From Paraphysomonas bandaiensis (taxonomy: Eukaryota; Protista; Chrysophyceae), in NCBI GenBank assembly GCA_965644295.1, contig CBFFRP010000363.1, positions 124,001-188,000 of the forward strand: DNA of 64,000 nucleotides. Direction: 5' to 3'. A model generated the notes under the pieces. That model worked only from the letters and a program-made list of their open reading frames with translations, was not told the DNA's origin and ran no database searches. The translations under genes and the position numbers were made by a program. Shown one piece after another: positions 28,501 through 41,253 of the stretch (positions within the stretch are counted from its first letter, which is position 1; each line of letters opens with the position of its first letter).

Positions 28501-29037
28501 ACATACAAATACACCTAATATAAGCATACGCAAAGCACGGTGTTCGTGATATGATATCATTTACTTTATACGCGAAACAATACTATACGTCGACCAACTA
28601 ACCTCATATACAGTCCCAACGCCCATCCGAAATCATCGTGAACAGCATAGAACACCATCCCAACAAACATCCACATTAGCCTACAATAACGCCATTCATA
28701 AATGTAGTCAAGTAGTAGGATAGACGCAGCACCAACCATGCCACCACAGGAACATAACTGCGCAACACATCAAACTGAGAGTGTTGTGAGCTTAATGCCT
28801 CGTTCTCCATGTCGATTATATCTGCTGGAGATATGCTCACAAGCGACACCAGTTTACGGCGTGCTTTCTGTGTATGATCGTCCGGTTGCGTTGGAGGCAT
28901 TCGGCTCACAAGCCTTCAGATAGAAACACACTCCTGTCAAATCAAACCAAATAAGAGGCCGTCTATAGGCGCATACAGTGAACTCAGATCCACAGAGAGT
29001 TCCTGTGATCCCATGTGCGTCTTTCAACTCGTGTATG
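25559..29037 (-). repeat. Left arm of a ~3.5 kb inverted duplication
   Basis: Reverse complement of 33693-37168. It is nearly identical across the 5' UTR, exons and introns, and clearly more diverged in the last ~180 bp (3' flank). Confidence 0.95.
25716..28900 (-). CDS. Tandem TPK/K2P-like channel, 8 TM / 4 pore domains / 2 EF-hand pairs (copy 1)
   Basis: Six exons splice in phase into about 840 aa: two TPK-like units (TM-P-TM-TM-P-TM plus EF-hands DGDGTIDKREF..LDRRSHGQI and NGDGDIDSTEF..LDVGKKGCI) joined by an acidic, low-complexity linker. Confidence 0.82.
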
Positions 29038-29486
29038 GGTCAGTGGAGAGGGTTAGGTATGTATGTATATATTGTGGTGATCTAGATGTGTGCGGTGGCA
29101 TATACACACTGCTGTATATGGAGGGTTCCAGTCCACCAACAGCCGTCTTTTCATGTTACTTTATGAAAACCCACTTTTTTACAAAAATCTGAGATTTTAT
29201 ATTTTTAGCAACCATTTTTTGATAAAAATTTCAAATTTTTAAGCAAATTGTCGTTCTAAACTCTCGCTCATTTTTATCTCGTTTCAGTGACATTGAAATC
29301 CAATGCATCAAGACAACACTTGAGCTGACCCGACACTTGAGACTTATCATTCTATGGCAATCATGGACCACTGGACACGAATATGCAACCAGAGTTTCAT
29401 TTCATTCACTTCTTCTTTAGATATCGCAAGGTTTCTTATATCACATCCGGCACCATTGCTCGAAATCCCTACATTGAAGTTTCATC

Positions 29487-31935
29487 ATGAAGCCCCTGAA
29501 AGGTTTGTATACAGATGGGCTCTCACATATATGAGTGATGTGCAATTCCTTCGATTTGTTTTTGAATAATGCCTGATTTATGTTCTCTCAGTGACTCGTC
29601 TATGCGATTACAAGGAACTTCGCAAAAAGAACCGACAAGACGCCATAGACAAGCTCCAGGCAGCTAAATTTGCAAAAGCACAGTCGAAAGACAGTTATGG
29701 ATCTGATGTTGACCTCAATGCTATTCTCGATGAATATGAAAAGGATTATCCTAGTAATATTAGTGAATTTTGTCGCAATCACAATATTAGTCGAGGAGTG
29801 TTCTTCAGGTAAAACTTATTGTCATAACATACGTATTTCTGATGGAATATCTGCTTTGTAGGGCCAAAGATAAGCGAGAAAGAGGGCAAGATCCCAATCG
29901 TAGCAATTTTGGACGCACGACCTGGACGGACGAAGACGGTGTGGCAATGTTGTCCGACATGAGCCATGAGGCCACTGCAACTAGGAACTCATTCACTTCT
30001 GCATCCGATCGGGATTTCTGCAAAGCACTGACCAGTGTAGGGACCGTCAACAAGCAAGGGGGAAACTTCCTTAAGAATCTCAAGGCACCCTCTAAGACCA
30101 CCATATGCAAGTATTTGAATATGGTGTCCCCTGAAAGTGAGCCAGTTCCGTCCACAATCAATGCGCGAAGGCAGGAGGCCATCAATGATGTATTCAATCC
30201 CTTATCCAGCATAGCCATAGTAGGTGCCATCTTAGGGGTGTCGCCAGAAAATCCTCAAGGCAACCGATTTCATCCATGGAACAAGACCAATTCAGATACT
30301 CACAACATCACTCTAGGATATAGTAAGAAGAAGAGGGCACGTTGTCCAAAGGTATGTATACTTGGCGATTCATGGCTCCTTTATTTACACAATTTTGTCA
30401 TAGGATATGAAAAAAATGATGAGACGTAGGCACCTTTCTGCCGCGATTACCAACAAGAAGAAGAAAATCCGATCCGTTAAGTGCACGGCTACTATGAGTG
30501 CAGAGCCTGCTCTACTCAGCCATATTGTTGTCATCCGGGAACGAAAATGCAAGGAGTTGAAGTGTTTCAAGTTCAACATGAATGGATGGGTACAGAGCAT
30601 TATTTTTCGTCCTGCACACAGGAACAAACAGTACACTGAGAGCAAAACTATGGATGCCGCTGATACAGTCTGGGAGGACGTGGATATGGAGGAGAGTGAT
30701 GAAGCTATGCGGGGTTTGAAGGAAGCTGAGGGTAGTGATGAGAAGGAAGAAATTGTTCAAGATGATAAAGGTTCAACATGTAAAAGTGACGATGATGAAG
30801 GACTAATCCCAAGCGGAAATGAGGATAATTATTGCTCCGGTCCTAACTTGTACAAACGGGATCAAATGCGAGCCCTTCGGGAGCAGCAAGACGACCGTGA
30901 TTGTGATAAGTTGGAGGAGGCACATGCTACACAAGAGAAACCACTCAGTGCAGAGGCAACTTTTGGAATGTTTATCATTGATGAACACATTCTCCCTGTA
31001 CTTGTTAAAAACAGAGATCGAAAAGAGAGGACATTGAAGAAACTCGACGTGAATTACTCGAGTACAGAGAAGCAGGTCCCTATTCTTTGGTCACTTGATG
31101 GCGAATATGGATTCATAAGTGCTCTTATCGACGTACTAATGGGAAAATGGGGTGATTTCTCCATCGAGTTTGTCAAGTTAGCAGCCGCATACACCATGTG
31201 TGCACAGCGATGTTTTGCTTTGTGCAATGAGTATTGTAAAAAGGCGGAATTTTACGACCCCAAGACGAAGGGCACAACTCCCATCTTCCTTCCATACGTC
31301 GTCCAGTATATGAAGGACACCAAGATGGATAGTGACTCAATAGCAACGTATACAAACTTCTTTCATCGCCTGCCTACAATGATCACCAAGTGTTATACTG
31401 GTGACAACATTGTATCTGGATTCGCCTCGGCCGCTTTCGAGCCGTTCGATCCTGAAGTCCTGCTTTGGAACCCCCCCCATATTTGTCAACTTTCTACAGA
31501 ACAAGCGCCCCGCCTTCTTAATCATGTTATACCAGAACTTATACAGCTTGCCAGCCTTCGCGGTCTAACACGTGATGATGAAATCTCCGCAATCCTTACT
31601 AAGCATAACGTTAAGTTAGCTACACCTATGTTGAATTTGAATGAGCTTAATATTATCCGCCAGAGAGCTGTATGGCTCAATCACAGCGTTGAGGCAGAAA
31701 GACGCAATGATATGCTACGTGCTTCTACCCACGCCAAAGCTGAGAATGCTGCTGAGAAGGAACGCAAGAAGGCCGAGGCTGAACACAAAATGGTGGAAGC
31801 TGTCAAGGCGAGAGAGCGCAGAAACGCAGAGGCTGTCGTGTAGAGGGAACGAGAAAAGGCAGAAAATGCTGCTGAAAGGGAGAGGAAGAAAGCAGAGGCC
31901 ACCGAGAAGAGAGAACTAAAGAAAAGACAAACATA
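29487..31935 (+). pseudogene. Inactivated pogo/CENP-B (DDE_1)-like transposase with introns
   Basis: HTH-like NISEFCRNHNISRGVFFR, KTNSD, LWSLDGEYG, KLAAAYTMCAQ (resembles LPAHTTHLLQP but the following D...F segment is missing), IVSGFASAAFEPFDP (resembles I..GF...GI.P.NP), and a K/E/R-rich tail interrupted by an in-frame TAG at 31841-31843. TIRs were not found. Confidence 0.55.
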
Positions 31936-33692
31936 AGATAGCTGCGCCACACTTGCCCCTCGCAGACGTAAGATCTTGTTGGGCCCTGTTCCGTGAAGTG
32001 TGTCGCAGGTAAAAAGTATAGTTAGCTGAATTAAGTTGTTTTAATACCGCTGATTTATGATTATTTTCTTCTTGTAGTATAAACACAAATAGCTATACGT
32101 CACTAACTATATTAGCTATAGTTATTGCATACTACTATAATAAAACTAATTTTGTGCTGCTGCATGATATGTATCGCATAGCTGGTAGAACAATCAAGCA
32201 ATTTTATGTAACCACTGCCTGCTATCACCTATCATCTACAACCTAGCTAGCTACATCTACAAATTCAAGAGAGTGGAGCATGAAGAAATAAAACTTACGA
32301 ATTAATTGGTTTACCACTTCAGTTATTAATAAGAATTCAGCAACAAATATGTAGGTAGTACTATCTAGTTCTTGTTTGTGTGTTGTCTAATTTGGTCTTG
32401 AGGTAGAGTGGCATGATCCATGAGCGTGAGGTTATCATGTATTGCTTAAGAAGTTGGATCTCTTGAATGTTGACACTCTTTACGCTCCTTGGTGCCTCTC
32501 TGTAATCCCCGTCGGGCCCAGAAGTGGACAAGATCACAGTAACAGCTACCTCAAACGCCTGGCCAGCTCGAACGAACACACGCGCTTCATACTCTTAATT
32601 CTAGACCCGAATAGCTGCAATGTAAGGTTCGTAACTATGCAATGCAGTATAATGAATTGAAGCAGAGTTCATACACTAAGGACATAACTTACAATTCAAT
32701 TCATGTATTTCATTTTCATGTTAATGACGCGTTTATTAAAGTACTGATGTAGAGATTGTGTTCAACATTCCGAAATACACCTCTTGATTCTGTAGAGTAT
32801 ATACCGAAGGGAGTCGTTTGTCACTGCAGTGATTCGTATCACACTTCATCATGTGAGTCATATACTGATACTCATGTTATCTTTGTATGGCCTATTACCG
32901 ACTTCACACTCTTCAGGTGGAATGATTCCAATGGCTTGAGGTATCACACAAAAGTCACGTAGCTTTGTCAGCACCCATGTTATTCCATACAATCCGTAGT
33001 TTTGGTCAGTTTATGACCAATAAGAACCGTGTAGGACTTGAAGTACGGATCGTATGACTCACACTTACAATTACTTACACTCGCAGTTCTGACTTCATAC
33101 AACACCTGCCCTTTTCATGCGCTTTTTCCACTTCCAGTCATTCATACTATCGTCTAATGACCCTGAATATAATTCAACTTGCTTCTTGAAGCATGAGGAG
33201 GTTTAGTGGATCCTGAAACAAGACGTGCCTCAAACATTGAAACTACTCAATAAATTCGATTATTTCGAGCAGGAGTGACTGTGTAATTCACCGCTCTTTA
33301 TAAACACATAAATGACACTGAGTGGGCTACTTCTCTAATACGCAGAGTTCAAGTGATAGATGCTTCTGTCTACTCCACATGACATCGACCGCTACCATAC
33401 CACGATATCGTACATCCAGATATGCATCTAGATATGGATACCATCCCGCATCGCTGCTGATATACAAGGACGGTATACGGTCAACGGTAAACGGTATACG
33501 GCATATGGATGTACACACCAGGATACGTGTACACTCTCCCCCAACTACACGTCAACCGTATACCGGTATACACTGAACTACAGTACGAAAGTAAAGTTTG
33601 TAACAGAATCCTCATACTGGAATAACACACCATACATACACACACACACACATTCACACACTCACAGCCTATTCGAATATCCATAACAGACA

Positions 33693-36600
33693 CATACACG
33701 AGTTGAAAGACGCACATGGGATCACAGGAACTCTCTGTGGATCTGAGTTCACTGTATGCGCCTATAGACGGTCTCTTATTTGGTTTGATTTGACAGGAGT
33801 GTGTTTCTATCTGAAGGCTTGTGAGCCGAATGCCTCCAACGCAACCGGACGATCATACACAGAAAGCACGCCGTAAACTGGTGTCGCTTGTGAGCATATC
33901 TCCAGCAGATATAATCGACATGGAGAACGAGGCATTAAGCTCACAACACTCTCAGTTTGATGTGTTGCGCAGTTATGTTCCTGTGGTGGCATGGTTGGTG
34001 CTGCGTCTATCTTGACTACATTTATGAATGGCGTTATTGTAGGCTAATGTGGATGTTTGTTGGGATGGTGTTCTATGCTGTTCACGATGATTTCGGGTGG
34101 GCGTTGGGACTGTATATGAGGTTAGTTGGTCGACGTATAGTATTGTTTCGCGTACAAAGTAAATGATATCATATCACGAACACCGTGCTGTGCGTATGCT
34201 TATATTAGGTGTATTTGTATGTGCCTGTTCTGATGCATGTGTTGCAGTGTAAATATAGGGTGGTCAATGGGCTGGGCTGTACCAATATCGCCAGCACAGT
34301 ATAATTCCCCCAGTAGTATGTTATTTTCCATATTCCACTCGTCTATCGGAGTCATATTTTTTGGCGTCATGGTTATATTTATTGCTCGAGAGCTAACAGA
34401 CAACAAAGATTCCTGGTCCATGCAAGTACTGAAGAGGCAGAAGCTGGAGGTGGCTATTCAAAGTGATGGCATCTATGATGATATCGAGGCGTATTATGCA
34501 CTCTATTATCCGAAATTAAAAATTCTTTTATGGTTCATATGTTCTCTTGTATTTGGAGTTATTTGGAGCTTATTGATAGTTCCGGAATGGGATATTGGTG
34601 ATGCCTTAGATTTTACATTGTCGACTCTATCAAGTGGAGGATACAAAGCCATTCCTAATGGATTGCCTAGTTGGAAGTATGTAATAACCGCATTCTACGC
34701 AGCCACGGGTGTTCCGTTGATGGCACTATCCTTAGGTATGATATTTGTTTACTGAGCACTCTGCTATATACCACACAATGTGATTACTAGTATACAATGA
34801 GCACCTATGTGATATGTATGGGACCCACTAACTTTGTTTTAGGGTTGATATTAAGTATGCTAATATTAGCTCCTGAAGACTTGTCTTTGTTGGATAAGCT
34901 CTCTGCGCCGATTACTACTGAGGAAATTGAGTTCATGACAACTTTTGGGCTGGAAGATGGAGACGGTACTATAGATAAAAGAGAGTTCACTGTGCTTACA
35001 GTGGTGCGCATTGGTGCTGCATCTCCGGAATTGATTCGAGAAATCAACGAACGATTTCGAATGTTGGACAGACGAAACCACGGGCAAATAAAATGTGATG
35101 ATATTATTCACGAGAGGCGGAAACGACGACTTTCTTCTCAATATATTTTCAGCAGTTTAAGCCGGAAAATGAGCACATTTACTCGATCCAAAGTACACAA
35201 TTCTGAAGAAGAAACAGAGAAAAGTATGTCAAGCGATTACTTATCGGGCGGTAGTATTTCTATCCATGGTGTATCACCTACGTCAAGATTAAACCCAGTG
35301 GAACCACTGCCAGTTGCTGATGAAGATATTGATGACCGCGATAATGTGTGTGATGAAGTTGAAAATATAGCAAATAGTAGCCAAACAACAGACAGCGCTT
35401 GTCTCCATCTTTTGGAAGCTGAGAGCGGCGAAGAAGATACCTCCAGCCAATGTGATACACATATGTATAACCATAGTACCGCGGTCGAAGAGTGTGACAG
35501 CGGAAAATATCACCCAGTTACTGCTAAGAAGTGTTTTGCCGAAAATGACGAGCCTCGGCCAAGTATGAAAGAGGCAGTGTTGGCGCCCATGCCGGGCTCT
35601 CTGAAAGAAGCAAAGCAATTGAAATATAGTACCAAAGCTGTCGCAAGTTCTATGGATTCGATGCAGTATAATCGAAATGCGATTATTCAAGGAGTGTTAT
35701 ATGTTTTTCGAAGCTCGTTCATGCGCTCTGCACTGGTGTGGTGAGTATGATACAATACTCGTACAAGTAGCCAATGCGGTTGCCTGTCACAATGTTGCCA
35801 TGTGTGTTATAATCTTTGTGCTTCTGTCACCATTGTGTGATTGTTTTCTGTTGCATGGATTGCATATTGTGCGTATCACTACAACTGTAGCTACATCATA
35901 TACATTGTGTCGTTAATGTGAGGTATTTGTACAGGATTCTCTGGATAGTGAGTGGTACTATATTCTACTCGGTTCACCAGAACTTATCATTGGCCAAGGG
36001 ATTGTACACTTCCATAAGTGTTGGCTACTGCGTATTCTGGACAGAGTTATCCCAGGACACTACGACTAAAGTGTATACTATTTTCCACTACATGTTCGGC
36101 ACGGTCGGTTTAGCTAGTATTATGGCGTTAATGGCCAATAGTTTGGCTAATTCGAAGAATGAATGGTGAGTAGGGTTTTGTATGCATATTGTACATTAAA
36201 TGCTTTTATATGGCCCGTATGTGTGGCATTCATTGTGCATTGATTTAGTTTTGCGTATATTATTCATATTATCAGTATTCAACTAAATTCATCTCTACTT
36301 GACTAACAATAGCCTCCCGTATGTATGTACATAATAGGTATGTGGATGCAATGTTGCGACAAAAGGTGATTGAGGCAGCGGCAACAGAGGGCATATTCGA
36401 CGATATCTATGCCGGAATTGCGTACTATCTGCCCAAATGTAGAGCCCATATAGCTTTTCTGCTGTGGACTGCTGTTGGAGTGATCGTGAGCTGTGCCACC
36501 ATAAAGTGGTCGTTTATTCAAGCATTGTACTTTTCCTGGTCTGCGATGACCACTGGTGGCTTCTGGACAATTCCTCAAGACTCTCCAGACCGATACTACC

Positions 36601-37168
36601 TGTATGCAGGGATCTATTTACTTGTCGGGGCGCCGTTGATGGCACTGGCGTGTGGGATGTCAGCGCATTATGTTGTTTCATTTACAAGGTCACAGGCTGT
36701 GTATGATCGTCTTGCCGCCCGAATCACTGCAGAGGAGATAAATACAATGAAACTTTTGAATATGGAAAATGGGGATGGCGATATAGACCCAACCGAGTTC
36801 GTCATTCTTATGCTGGTTCGTATAGGAGCTTTACAGCCTCAGTTAATTGCATTGATATTAGATCGTTTTGACGAGCTAGACGTGGGAAAGAAGGGTTGTA
36901 TAGCATACAGTGATATCACTCAGGTACCACAACCACTTTTGAGGAGGAATGTGGTTTCTGGGATATCGACACAGTCTCCCAATAGCGTTAGCGTCAGTTT
37001 CTTCTGAGGTACGAAATGGGTACAGACGCTACTAAAGTCGATAGTTCTGTTGGATCAGATTTATGCAGTCTTCATATCATTATCATATTTATTTGTTTGT
37101 GATAGCGTCGTCGACGAAGTATGACACGTTCTACATAACACACATTATATTCGTCACATCTATTATTA
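33693..37168 (+). repeat. Right arm of the ~3.5 kb inverted duplication
   Basis: Reverse complement of 25559-29037. Inner identity stops at catacac (33693). Confidence 0.95.
33830..37007 (+). CDS. Tandem TPK/K2P-like channel, 8 TM / 4 pore domains / 2 EF-hand pairs (copy 2)
   Basis: Same exon structure as copy 1 (exons about 33830-33992, 34042-34120, 34247-34735, 34843-35740, 35935-36165, 36338-37007). About 11 amino-acid differences from copy 1 are visible. Confidence 0.82.
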
Positions 37169-38586
37169 TATGATAATTATTATTGAGTGATTGGCAGTAG
37201 TTTACAACTGTATAAATCGACTAGATGATGGTTTCATGCACACTATAACGTGCGCAGAATGCGTGCGAGTGCTTGCTTGATATATTCATTGATATCGTCA
37301 GTGGTGATTTAGTGTTACTGCCACCTAATATATGTGCATTATGAAAATTGCTAAAATACAACTTCAAGTAATCACAACCTCGGTTAAAGCACGTCACTGT
37401 TAGTTTGACGACTAGTCGGTTTACAGTAATTCTTGAATAAGTCAAACTAAAGTGATAGGGTATTGTGACATTTCAGTTTTGAGTTTTTTCAACTGTTATA
37501 TTGGATATAACTAAGATATAACTGTAGAATACGTTAAATACAATGTGAAAACTGTAATACGTAGTCAAAATGTAAAAATTACTATTTAGCTACAATTATT
37601 CAAGATACGGAAGTTGATCAGAGGTTGATATAAATTTATGTTGTTGATATATTTTTCCATGATGACAACGTATAATTACCTCTGCAATAATAATCATCTA
37701 TCTAGTATCTAGTCTAACGACATTAGTTTCCTTCACCGATCTAAGTAAGTAAAATGTTCAAAAGCCAATATGTTAAGCACCTATTGCTCTTTGCATTAGA
37801 TATTAGTTATATCCTAACGGTTTTTAACCGTCAAGTATGTACAACTCGAACTGCAAGCATTGCATATAGGAGCAGAAACGAAATTATACTGCGATATTTT
37901 GGTGTGTTTAATGTTTAATATCGGCATGACTCTAGGGAATAGTTCGCTATTTCTCCTCACAATCATGACCATCTCGTGCATAGATCTATCAGAGTACTCG
38001 ACCTTGGTGACCCTTGTTCTGTCGCAGTCGCACATTCCACAATCATAAAATGCCACCATACTTCCTCTCCACTCCCTGTTGCTGGGGATACACCGGAGAA
38101 CCCGCGTATCTCACAGGTGTCCAACTACACACTCTCTTCCGCGTGTTCTCTGCTACTGGGTAACACAGCAAAACAGTCAATTCCGACGCTTCTTCACAGT
38201 AGATCACTGCCTTTTTTGCAAGACCTTCATCCACATACCTCCGAGCCATCATATCGCCAAACTCAGAAGGGTATATTGCTGCTTCCCCTGGTTGCCGTGA
38301 GGTACCTAAGGCAAATTGCACAAACTGTATGTGTAGCCTTCCACGTTCCATCGTGGTAGTAGTTGACTAAGATTACAACTTTTACTTGTCATATGCTGTA
38401 CGTCGTACAAGGTCTCTACTACACAACATCTATCATATAGAAAGAATGGCCGCACCTTGGGGCTTGCGGCGACGCACAAGTAGTTCTCGTAGCGTTAAAT
38501 ACTAGGATATAAGAGTTTACACTAGTTAGTAAATATAGTAGATACTTATCTAGCTTGACTAGTTTGTCCATCTAGATAATAGTAAG

Positions 38587-39113
38587 CTGGTGTAAATTTT
38601 TAACGCCTATTGCTAATTATAAGCCTTTCAGCATAGACTTTCAATATGAATACTATATTACGGTCTATATATGAAATGCATGGTAAGCTTATTAACAACG
38701 TCAAGAATGTTAGCACGGAAATAGCTTTCCCTACTAAATTCGCAGACTAAGTTAATTTTTTTATCGATTCTACTCAACTGTCGTTTTTACTTTTTAGTGT
38801 AGTAACATCTGCAAAATTTAGTAGGAATAAATGGTAAATTTAATAGATTAAAAATGACACCGAATGTTAGCATACCTGAGCTTGACGTTCGAAGACAAAG
38901 GTTTCACACAATTAGTTTTTTGCATACACAATGCATTTCATCACCAACTTAACTTCATCGATAGTAACCACTGATAAACTTCCATATCTTGAATCGTCAT
39001 TATACATCAGTTTTACAGACAGTTATATAGCAATACAGTATTTGACTACGTATTACCGTTTTTCTTATTGAATTAACATAGTGAATGTCTTTATATTAGC
39101 AATAGGCGTGTAA
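38587..39113. mobile_element. Non-coding AT-rich element with (sub)terminal inverted repeat ACGCCTATTGCTAAT (MITE-like)
   Basis: acgcctattgctaat at 38603-38617 and its reverse complement ending at 39109. The same ends recur at 1206-1240, 23018-23062 and 39128-39166. No clear TSD. Confidence 0.6.
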
Positions 39114-39523
39114 TAGTTGAATTTAACGTAGTGAATGTCTTCATATTAGCAATAGAGGCGTGTAATAAATGAATTTAACGTATAATACAGTTCTATCTTA
39201 GAGAAACATAATATTATTCCTACAAGTTGGCCTATCATATGATGCTGTATGATATAATAATATATTATATATCATATATATTATCTTCTCTGTTTAAGTG
39301 ATAGATTTAATTTCACACCAACTAATATGATGTCGTAAAACAACGAACCGTGAGCAGGGACGATAAATGGTAATGGTGCTGAGAATATAGTTTAAGTGAA
39401 TCTGATTCGACAGATGAGTGTACTTTATGATGTAGGCGCCAATATATTGGAGCGGCATTGTTGGCAATATCCCAACAGATATATGGGCACAAGCTACCAT
39501 CACTATATTATACTGGTTTGTAA

Positions 39524-40271
39524 CAGGGCTGCGTAACAATTTAATGTTTTTTTGCTATTAAATTGCAATTATTGGCTATAGCTCGCGCAATTATAATTAC
39601 AATTTAATTGTGCCAATTATTGTGTAATTAACTTAGTTACTCATTACAAGCATATTCAACCGTACTTGCATTCCACAGAAATCTATTAAAGCGCAAGAAC
39701 GTAAGGGCCTCTAATCGATGAGGTGTCATAGATTTGCGCAGATCACTCATGTTAATTTTTGCTCTACTGAAAGGCCTTTCTACACAATTAGTAGTGAAGT
39801 AAATATGCTTCAAGCAGCGGTACTTAGTACTTAGTTGGTTTGGTAGTTCGTAGTCGCTTTTGTTCGTGTTCTACTTAGTTATAGATATATATCTTAAACT
39901 AGAAGGGTAATACGTTATGGATCGAGCTGAACTTAGTCTTGTTGCTCAAGGTCAAGAGAAAAGACACATAATCGACCATACAAAGAACACAGTACTTCTC
40001 TTAATGTAAAGATATTTATAATGAGATGACAACCTCTTCCCACCACTTGAATAGCCGTTATAATAGCCATTAAGGGTGATGACCATTACAATGGCAATAA
40101 ATGGCTATTGACCTTAATGTTTACTAAGTTCTAATTCTAATATTATGCCCTAATACATCTAGTATTTAATTGCCAATTAATTGCAACCTTCCAGCGAGCA
40201 ATTATAATTTCAATTATTATATATGTTCCATGCAATTTAATTGCAATTCAATTAACTGTTACGCAGCCCTG
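39524..40271. mobile_element. Non-autonomous hAT DNA transposon (MITE), 748 bp
   Basis: Perfect 15-bp TIR CAGGGCTGCGTAACA / TGTTACGCAGCCCTG, flanked by an 8-bp TSD GTTTGTAA (39516-39523 and 40272-40279). Subterminal regions are rich in CAATT/AATTG repeats. No ORF. Confidence 0.93.
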
Positions 40272-40516
40272 GTTTGTAAGTTTGTAAAACCATAGAAGCA
40301 AAGCGACGCTAACCTAGTGCGCAAGTCGTAGTAGGATGATCATAAAGTCACCTTAATGTGCGAAGCCAATATATATTCTTATTATGCTGAAGTAATCAGA
40401 GTTGTAGTATAGATACAGCAAAATACACAAAGCACTACCACACACCACCACACAACGTTAGCAAACTACAATGTGACAAACACGACATTTTATATATAAT
40501 CTTGGTACACACCAAA

Positions 40517-41031
40517 CTATACAGCTCCATATTCAACTCTAGGCGTTGTCAACTCTATGCTTCGTCTATACTTTATTACTATAGGTATAACATCCATGTC
40601 GTGCGAGCGGGATGTCTTAGGAAATGACAGAAAGAGCTTGCCCGAATCTATGTAGACAGACGGGCGCAAGTAATCTGCATTTCGAGGCAAATGGATTGCT
40701 CGTTGTAACTTCCTAGGAAAACACCTTGTCGACAATTGAGGTGATGATATGGTGATTTCAATTGTGTTGTTGAGGGTTTGTGCAAATACAGATGACTGCT
40801 CGTCCGCCGATACATCTGAGACAGAGTCACTACAAACAACACACTTATACATAGATAGTAATTACCTGCACAGAATACATACTCTGAAGCAGTCTCAACA
40901 AGGTCAATGTTGACATACTGCTGATACCGTTTGATACACTCCAGCACCCATTTATCTCCGTTAATAGCCGCTTGGAAGGGCTCATCTCGTATATGAGGCG
41001 GAAGGACCCTCATTGTAGACAACTTCGCCAT
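40517..41031 (-). CDS. Divergent small heat-shock protein (HSP20 / alpha-crystallin domain)
   Basis: Two exons (50-nt intron 40816-40865) give ...NIDLVETASEYVFCADV...LQRAIHLPRNAD..SVYIDSGKLFLSFPK, matching the ACD pattern D..ET..Y...D.P / F.R...LP..D......NG.L...PK. Confidence 0.65.
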
Positions 41032-41253
41032 GAACCACTAGATACTTATAAGGTATCACACAATCTGTCTGAGGCTCTATATGGACTGAGTAGAATGAAG
41101 AGGGTGGAAGAAAATGTTTCCTGAAGGCTTCTGCCTTCTGCGCATATACTACTGTGTATGATGCGTATATCGAAACCGAAAATTTGAGTGTGGTGAGAGC
41201 CGAAAATTTGGCCAGAAAAAAAAATTCTAGGCAACATAATACGTACGTGATAG

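Noticed and set aside
32361-33290. Short ORFs in the right half of the spacer
   Set aside because: All frames are interrupted and no motif is recognisable.
25559-37168. Inverted duplication as a simple foldback assembly artefact
   Set aside because: Arms differ by scattered SNPs and a strongly diverged 3' flank and enclose a unique 4.65-kb spacer. A haplotype mis-join is unlikely but needs reads to exclude fully.
38043-38351. 102-aa minus-strand ORF with coding-like composition
   Set aside because: No recognisable motif or coherent gene model; possibly a pseudogene fragment.
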